A stretch of 64,000 bases of DNA from a candidate division FCPU426 bacterium (GTDB lineage Bacteria > Oederibacteriota > Muellerivitia > Muellerivitales > Muellerivitaceae): contig CAWCKJ010000010.1 of the NCBI GenBank assembly GCA_963796105.1, positions 39,620 to 103,619 of the forward strand, in the 5' to 3' direction. The number at the start of each line of letters is the position of its first letter. Position 1 is the first letter of the stretch. Of this stretch, positions 58,594 to 64,000 are shown one piece after another. Made by a program: the position numbers and the translations under genes. The notes beneath the pieces were generated by a model. The model did not search any database, had not been told where the DNA came from, and saw only the letters and a list, made by a program, of their open reading frames with translations.

Positions 58594-58810
58594 TCATAGC
58601 GAAATAGCTTCTCTGGTCTTTTAAAATTTATCATTGATTTTTTATATCTTCTACAGGGTTCACGGCAAAACTCATGCAATGAGGGAATATTTTATTAAGA
58701 CGTGAATTGCGACATTTTCTGAAGGTGTGAGCCGCTTTTAACTCTTGGAACTTTTTCAAATTTGAAAATTATTATTGTTTATTAGACAAAATAGTTAAAG
58801 GGCTATACAA

Positions 58811-59917
58811 ATGAAAATTGTTCCAGTGAAACTTTTAGAAACTCATTACGATATAATCATCGGCGAAAATGCATTGGCAAACTCGCATAAATACATTCCG
58901 GGAGTAATTCCCGGGAATAAAATACTCGTCATTACAACGGGAAACATTTATAAAAAATACGGGGCTAAACTCTGGGGAAGCCTGAAAAAAACAAGAAAAG
59001 CAATAATCTTTCACCTGATTCCGGACGGGGAAGTTTACAAAAACCAAAAATATTTATTTTATTTGTTAAATATGATGTCTAAAACAAGATTGCAAAGAGA
59101 TTGCGGCATTATCGCGTTTGGTGGTGGAGTGATTGGCGATTTGACGGGTTTTGCCGCTTCCATCTATATGCGCGGAATTAAGTTTGTCCAGTGTCCTACA
59201 ACCCTGCTGGCACAAGTTGATGCCAGTATCGGGGGAAAAACGGCTGTTGATTATTATGGTGTCAAAAATCTGATAGGTTCTTTTTATCAGCCAAATCTTG
59301 TATTAACCGATATAAGTGTTTTAAAAACTCTGGATAAAAGACAATTCAGGACTGGTTTGGCGGAAATCATAAAACATGGAATTATTCTCGATCCGAAATT
59401 GTTCAATTATTTGGAATTGAATCTTGATAAAGCATTAAACCGAAATCCTAAAATTTTGCTGACGATTATTGCTAGATCTTGTGAAATAAAAGCTGGGATC
59501 GTTTCTAAGGATGAGAAGGAATCGGGAATTCGGATGTGGCTAAATTATGGCCATACTTTCGGCCATGCCTTGGAATCATACTTTAAATATAAGATAGTAA
59601 CTCATGGAGAAGCGGTTGCTTATGGAATGCGATTGGCTTCTTTGGTTTCGCTGCGTTTAAACCTTTGCGGTCCTGAGGTTGTGGCTCGTCAATATGATTT
59701 ATTAAAAAGAGCTGGATTGTTTCGCAAAGTTCCCCATTTTGAGTTAAATGAAATTTATCAAAAAATGTTCCTGGATAAAAAGGCAAGAAACGGCGGAATC
59801 CAATTTGTATTGACAAGAAAAATCGGTCTTGTTAGCATTCATAAAAGTGTGTCAAAATCCGTTCTTTTTTCGGCTTTAAATCAACTTCAAAATGAATTGA
59901 GAGAGAATTATAACTGA
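58811..59917 (+). CDS. aroB: 3-dehydroquinate synthase
   Basis: GGGVIGDLTGFAA NAD-binding motif and H-x3-H metal ligands (GHTFGHALE). 368 aa. Confidence 0.9.
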   Translation: MKIVPVKLLETHYDIIIGENALANSHKYIPGVIPGNKILVITTGNIYKKYGAKLWGSLKKTRKAIIFHLIPDGEVYKNQKYLFYLLNMMSKTRLQRDCGIIAFGGGVIGDLTGFAASIYMRGIKFVQCPTTLLAQVDASIGGKTAVDYYGVKNLIGSFYQPNLVLTDISVLKTLDKRQFRTGLAEIIKHGIILDPKLFNYLELNLDKALNRNPKILLTIIARSCEIKAGIVSKDEKESGIRMWLNYGHTFGHALESYFKYKIVTHGEAVAYGMRLASLVSLRLNLCGPEVVARQYDLLKRAGLFRKVPHFELNEIYQKMFLDKKARNGGIQFVLTRKIGLVSIHKSVSKSVLFSALNQLQNELRENYN

Positions 59918-59918
59918 A

Positions 59919-61214
59919 ATGCCCAAGGACTCCCATACGTCGGAAATAAACGAACTTAAAAAAAAGATGGAAGAAAACCCGGATTCATTGGTATTTGCTC
60001 TTTTAGCAGATGCTTACCGCAAAGAAGGCGATTTAGTTCAAGCGCAAGAAATTTGTCAAAAGGGCCTCCAAAAACATCCCAACCATACAATTGCTAAAAT
60101 CGTGTTAGGCAGGATATTCCAGGGCCAAAATAAAGTTGACGATGCGTCGCTGGAATATAAACAAGTCCTTGAAGCGGATCCGGAAAATATTATGGCTCAT
60201 TCTCTTCTTGGCTCACTTCACGTCCAAAAAAAAGAATATCAAGAAGCTATTGAGGAATTCCAAAAAGTATTAACGCTGAATCCAGATGATGAGGAGGCTC
60301 CAATTGCGTTAAAGGAAGCAATCGAGAGAGCGGCGATTGAACAGCAAAATAACATTAAAACCTCCAATAAAGAAGCCGCCCAAACCAACGTGAAAAATCC
60401 AACGAAAGAAAGTAATGCCACAATAACCTTGGCAGAGCTTTACATTAAGCAAAATCATTTTGATAAGGCGATCGAGGTCTTTCAAGAGCTTTTGGCTAAT
60501 GATCCTCAAAATCTTATGCTCCGACAAAAGCTTTCGGATGCCGTTGAAAGACACCAAAAAGATTCCGCCGTAGGGCCTATAGTGACTAAGCTTAAAAAAA
60601 ATGAATTCACCCAACCGCCGGATCATAAAGAGGATGTTTTGGTAGAAGAACAAAAATCCGAGACTAAAAAGTATCCGAAGAAAAAGGAAGATGATTCTAA
60701 GTTTACAAATGAGGATATCCTACAAGTCATGCGACGTGGCGGCAAAGATGACATTATGGAGGAAGAAAAGACCATTCCGAGTATGAAGAAAAAAGATGAC
60801 CTTATGCCCGTCTCTCAAGAGGGGGCGGAAAAAAATACTAACCCTAAATGGAATGCCAAAAATAATGTTGAATTAAAGAGCATTTTGGGGGAACTGGGAA
60901 GCGTTGATGGAATCATCGATTGCTTTTTAATAGATTTGAATGGAAATCTCGTTGTTTCAACGGATGAATCAGGTAATAATGCTGTTTTGGGAAAACAAAT
61001 AAATACTATATTTGATAGTATCACTAAATCCGTTAATAAGTTAAATCAAGGGAATTCGCAGCAAATATTAATAACCTCTGACTCCGGGCACATACAGTTG
61101 GTCTCTTTTCCAGAGTTGATATTAATTGTATTGACCAATAACAAAATAAATTTGGGTTTTTTGAGGCTAACTTTAGATTCGGTCCGAAAGAAAATGGAAA
61201 AAGTAATAAAGTAG
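59919..61214 (+). CDS. TPR-repeat protein with C-terminal Roadblock/LC7 (MglB-like) domain
   Basis: N-terminal ~200 aa of TPR repeats, a K/E-rich linker, and C-terminal ~110 aa with the Roadblock pattern (GIIDCFLIDLNGNLVVST...ILITSDSGHIQLVSFPELILIVLTN). Confidence 0.6.
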   Translation: MPKDSHTSEINELKKKMEENPDSLVFALLADAYRKEGDLVQAQEICQKGLQKHPNHTIAKIVLGRIFQGQNKVDDASLEYKQVLEADPENIMAHSLLGSLHVQKKEYQEAIEEFQKVLTLNPDDEEAPIALKEAIERAAIEQQNNIKTSNKEAAQTNVKNPTKESNATITLAELYIKQNHFDKAIEVFQELLANDPQNLMLRQKLSDAVERHQKDSAVGPIVTKLKKNEFTQPPDHKEDVLVEEQKSETKKYPKKKEDDSKFTNEDILQVMRRGGKDDIMEEEKTIPSMKKKDDLMPVSQEGAEKNTNPKWNAKNNVELKSILGELGSVDGIIDCFLIDLNGNLVVSTDESGNNAVLGKQINTIFDSITKSVNKLNQGNSQQILITSDSGHIQLVSFPELILIVLTNNKINLGFLRLTLDSVRKKMEKVIK

Positions 61215-61258
61215 AATATTTTTCAAAATTTAAAAAGGGTTTAAATTAAGGTTTAAAA

Positions 61259-61618
61259 ATGGATTTTAAAAAAATATTAGAGGAAACAATTTTGAGCGTC
61301 GAAGGCGCCATTGGCGCTGGATTGGTAGGCATGGATGGAATAGTCATCGATCAAATCTCCAAAAATTCAACATTTGACATCAACGCGGTGGGCGCGGAAT
61401 ATTCAAGCATTATTAAAAACGCCTTGAAGGCTTCCTCGAATTTCGGTTTGGGAAACACTACTGAAATATTGATTACGACTGATAAGGCAACCATGATCAT
61501 GATGATGGTAGGCCAGAATTATTTCATTACCTTGGCCCTTAACCTGGATGGAAATTTAGGAAGAGGCCGGCTGGAGTTAAAGAAATCCATCCCCAAGTTT
61601 GAAAAAGAGTTAACCTAA
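61259..61618 (+). CDS. Roadblock/LC7-domain protein (MglB-like)
   Basis: 119 aa. VEGAIGAGLVGMDGIVID ... ILITTDKATMIMMMVGQNYFITLAL matches the Roadblock/LC7 fold pattern. Confidence 0.6.
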   Translation: MDFKKILEETILSVEGAIGAGLVGMDGIVIDQISKNSTFDINAVGAEYSSIIKNALKASSNFGLGNTTEILITTDKATMIMMMVGQNYFITLALNLDGNLGRGRLELKKSIPKFEKELT

Positions 61619-61620
61619 AG

Positions 61621-62460
61621 TTGGTCCATTCGGAATCAAATTTCTCTCAAACAGATCCCTTCGATCCGGAATTGTTGAAATATACCGGGATTAAAAATGT
61701 GTTTAAGTCCTGGTTTTGGAGAAGTTACGACCATTTAGGGCATATTATTCTTTACAATTTTATTTGGGCGGGCTGTCTCACTTGCTTGGATTATTTCGTT
61801 TGGAACAGGGGGTGGTGCGGCTCTTGGCAGAAGTTAAATACCCCCGTTATTTTCGTATTGTTCTTATTTAACAGCGGCATTTCAGTTGGCTGGGCCTATA
61901 TTATCTTTAAAATCATCAACGAAAGAACCGCGAATATTAAGGATTATTTTATTGGCGTTAAAAGCTATTTGATTAAGGCGTTGGGTATCACGGGAATAAC
62001 TTTCCTCCTATTCTTGATCGCATATTATGATTTTTTGTTTTATATCACTCTTTTGAATCGTCAGAATATCCTTGTTTATCTAACATTTGGTTTGACAACT
62101 TGGATTTTATTGTTTCTTGCATGCTGCACTCTCTATCAATTTCCCTTATTGTTTTTTCAGGACCCTCCCTTTTGGAAAATATATTATCGCTCTGGAATTT
62201 TAGTGATCGGAAATATTTGGCTAGCCCTCTTTATGGTTATCTTCTTTTTAATCTCTTTTAGCCTCTTTATGGCGGTGCCGGTAGCGTGGTTTTTTGGCGG
62301 TTTGGCTTATTTCTTTTCGTTCCAATGTGTAGTGCTTGAAAAGAGTTTGATTAAGTATAAAATAACATTTAGAGACAGGCCTTTGCGGGAATTCCTTCAA
62401 TTTTTAGAGACGGAAAATAACAGGGGGTGGCGTCAATTTTTCCGCCCTTGGGAGCATTGA
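61621..62460 (+). CDS. hypothetical polytopic membrane protein (DUF624/YesL-like?)
   Basis: About 6 TM helices, Trp/Phe-rich. Stop overlaps the ftsB-like start. Confidence 0.4.
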   Translation: MVHSESNFSQTDPFDPELLKYTGIKNVFKSWFWRSYDHLGHIILYNFIWAGCLTCLDYFVWNRGWCGSWQKLNTPVIFVLFLFNSGISVGWAYIIFKIINERTANIKDYFIGVKSYLIKALGITGITFLLFLIAYYDFLFYITLLNRQNILVYLTFGLTTWILLFLACCTLYQFPLLFFQDPPFWKIYYRSGILVIGNIWLALFMVIFFLISFSLFMAVPVAWFFGGLAYFFSFQCVVLEKSLIKYKITFRDRPLREFLQFLETENNRGWRQFFRPWEH

Positions 62461-62747
62461 TGAACCGACCGATAAGATGGGGCATGCTTTTTACCATAGG
62501 AATCATTGCGTATCTACTGGTCAGCGGAAATCGCGGGATATGGAATTTGTATCAAATGCACGATGAGAAAGTGAAACTGAAATTGGATGTCCAGAATTTA
62601 GAAACCGAAATTCTCAGGAATCAAATGGAATACAAATCATTTGGGAAAAGCAACTCAAGTTTCGAGAAACAGGCCCGGGAGGATTTAAACCTAATTAAGC
62701 CAGGGGAAATAGAATATAAATTCGCTTCCTCCAATGGTAACCGTTGA
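62460..62747 (+). CDS. ftsB: septum formation initiator family protein (FtsB/DivIC-like)
   Basis: Short N-terminus, one TM (FTIGIIAYLLVSG), then a coiled coil (YQMHDEKVKLKLDVQNLETEILRNQ) ending LIKPGEIEYKF, typical of FtsB. Confidence 0.55.
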   Translation: MNRPIRWGMLFTIGIIAYLLVSGNRGIWNLYQMHDEKVKLKLDVQNLETEILRNQMEYKSFGKSNSSFEKQAREDLNLIKPGEIEYKFASSNGNR

Positions 62748-62917
62748 TATCCATCCATTAAACTTAATTGACATCCTAGCATTAGCCGGTTATCTTACAT
62801 TTTCTTGAATTTTTCCTTTTAAACAGTAAAAATTATTCATATTGGTTTTTGATTTGTTTTCATGTTTTGAGCTTTAATTTTGCCTTTATGACTTGCGATT
62901 TTTGATAAAAAATGAAG

Positions 62918-63005
62918 GCCGAGATGGCGGAACTGGCAGACGCAAGGGACTTAAAATCCCTCGGGCCTAAAGCCCGTCCCGGTTCGATTCCGGGTCTCGG
63001 CACCA
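62918..63005 (+). tRNA. tRNA-Leu (anticodon UAA)
   Basis: Cloverleaf by hand: acceptor GCCGAGA/UCUCGGC, D-arm GCGG/CGC, anticodon loop CUUAAAA, long variable arm (GGGCCUAAAGCCCG), T-arm CCGGUUCGAUUCCGG, 3' ACCA. Confidence 0.85.
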
Positions 63006-63038
63006 AGAATAGCTATGGCACTTTAAGTGCCAAAAAGA

Positions 63039-63115
<77 letters not shown>

Positions 63116-63121
63116 ACGGAA

Positions 63122-63150
63122 AAGCCGCCCATGAGGGCGGCTTTTTTTTT
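63122..63150 (+). terminator. intrinsic terminator after tRNA genes
   Basis: AAGCCGCCC-atga-GGGCGGCTT stem followed by a 9-T run. Confidence 0.8.
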
Positions 63151-63208
63151 AATGTGGGAACTTTTTATAGGCCCGTTGAATTTGTTTTTCAGTCGACCTT
63201 TTTAATAT

Positions 63209-64000
63209 TTGGCATTTAACGCTAATCAAACCATTCGGAGTAAATGTTTGCGAACTTCAGCCTCGATTGCGCATTGGCTGCCTTATTTGGGGAAGTATTT
63301 AGAAAACCTCGTTCTTTTAGAAGATGGAGCATCCGAGCTTTTCAGACTATCCCTTTTGGGGAAAAAGTTAATTTCTTCCCGTTTGACGGAGCCCATTTGG
63401 GGTTATCAGGATATCCATTATCCTTTTAAACCTTTTCACGAACATCTATTGAAACAAGGTTTGAAAAAAGCGAGAAACCAGAATGTTTATGGACTCAAGG
63501 CGGATTGCGTATATTACCGGGAGGATTTGGGTAAAATACTTTTTATTATTTCCCGAGGGGTTAAAAACGGGGTTAGCGACTCAAATGTTGTTAAAGGCGG
63601 GGCAAAATATAAAGTTTCCTTTCTCATGGAAAATACGCACTCCGTCGAGGTTAAATATTTAAACCATCATTTTGATGTGAAAGTACCGCAAGTGGGCAGA
63701 TTTATATTGGAAAAAGGACTCAGGCTAAAGAGGAATCGGATAATAAAACCAGCCTTGATTTTTTGGCTGGCGAGGGATTTGACCAATATTATGGAATTAA
63801 TGATCAATCACCGGGAACTACAAAATGAGGCATTAATGGATATGTCTGAAATACGGCCCTCCAGTTTGATCAAACAATTTCTGACGAACTTAAAATCCAA
63901 CGGTCCCGGTTCAGTTGTTTGGGAATCAGCTCAAAAATTATTTTTGGAAAACCACCCAAATGAGAAAATCGTCCTGGTGACCAGCTGGTATTGGAAATTT
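63209..64000 (+). CDS. hypothetical protein, 5' partial view (runs off window end)
   Basis: Frame 2 is open from 63206 to the window end (over 260 codons) with no ATG near the 5' end (possible TTG at 63209 or 63248). Sequence is protein-like (…GYQDIHYPFKPFHEHLLKQGLKKARNQNVYGLKADCVYYREDLGKILF…). The track ORF 63244-63429 is in another frame and is probably spurious. Confidence 0.4.
   Translation, partial: MAFNANQTIRSKCLRTSASIAHWLPYLGKYLENLVLLEDGASELFRLSLLGKKLISSRLTEPIWGYQDIHYPFKPFHEHLLKQGLKKARNQNVYGLKADCVYYREDLGKILFIISRGVKNGVSDSNVVKGGAKYKVSFLMENTHSVEVKYLNHHFDVKVPQVGRFILEKGLRLKRNRIIKPALIFWLARDLTNIMELMINHRELQNEALMDMSEIRPSSLIKQFLTNLKSNGPGSVVWESAQKLFLENHPNEKIVLVTSWYWKF

Noticed and set aside
62748-62917. 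Promoter upstream of the tRNA-Leu/tRNA-fMet pair (TTGACA at 62779, TATCTT about 17 bp later)
   Set aside because: The spacing and -10 match are plausible, but the site is about 130 bp from the tRNA start and alternative candidates exist. Too uncertain to list as a feature.
63244-63429. 61-aa ORF MFANFSLDCALAALFG...
   Set aside because: A different frame from 63206 remains open to the window end with protein-like sequence. The 61-aa ORF is probably an overlapping artefact. An authentic +1 frameshift cannot be excluded without homologues.

Overview
This is a bacterial chromosomal window, about 55% GC in the core, with strand-collinear operons. It is probably from an uncultivated lineage, and I cannot assign taxonomy from sequence alone.

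Ordinary content:
- 256-5723: dksA-like gene, LemA plus an M48/HtpX-like peptidase, a PilZ protein and an SDR oxidoreductase.
- 5767-7884: a secreted clan GH-A glycoside hydrolase.
- 10333-11697: lepB and an ECF sigma factor.
- 13672-14745: an Old Yellow Enzyme flavin oxidoreductase.
- 16848-17891: a GT9 heptosyltransferase.
- 22058-28139: a heme cluster on the minus strand, hemY, hemH and a HemD-HemE fusion.
- 28258-29619: an NHL-repeat protein.
- 30430-37386: a glycan biosynthesis cluster (methyltransferase, Trm112-like, GT4, a GT-C-like membrane enzyme, GT4, asnB).
- 37666-47284: efp-accB-accC, a ComB-like phosphatase, thiC, a ferredoxin, dnaJ, rsmE and aroE.
- 47389-59917: a near-complete type IV pilus machinery pilB-pilT-pilC-pilMNOPQ, followed by aroC-aroK-aroB.
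- 59919-63115: two Roadblock/LC7 (MglB-like) genes, an ftsB-like gene, then tRNA-Leu(UAA) and initiator tRNA-Met.

Accessory and unusual content:
- Three IS elements of different families between about 12 kb and 24.8 kb: IS1380-like, IS3 with defined inverted repeats and a 3-bp target-site duplication, and IS4-like.
- Two toxin-antitoxin modules, hicBA and vapBC.
- A 448-bp direct duplication of the glycoside hydrolase gene's 3' end flanking the hicBA cassette.
- An AT-rich island carrying a membrane-protein gene interrupted by an in-frame stop.
- Two stacked tandem-repeat arrays (43-bp and 33-bp periods), split by the IS3 insertion.
- Two small dispersed repeat families.
- A HemD-HemE fused ORF.
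- Histone-H1-like lysine-rich tails on DksA and on the ComB-like protein.

No CRISPR array or rRNA was seen.
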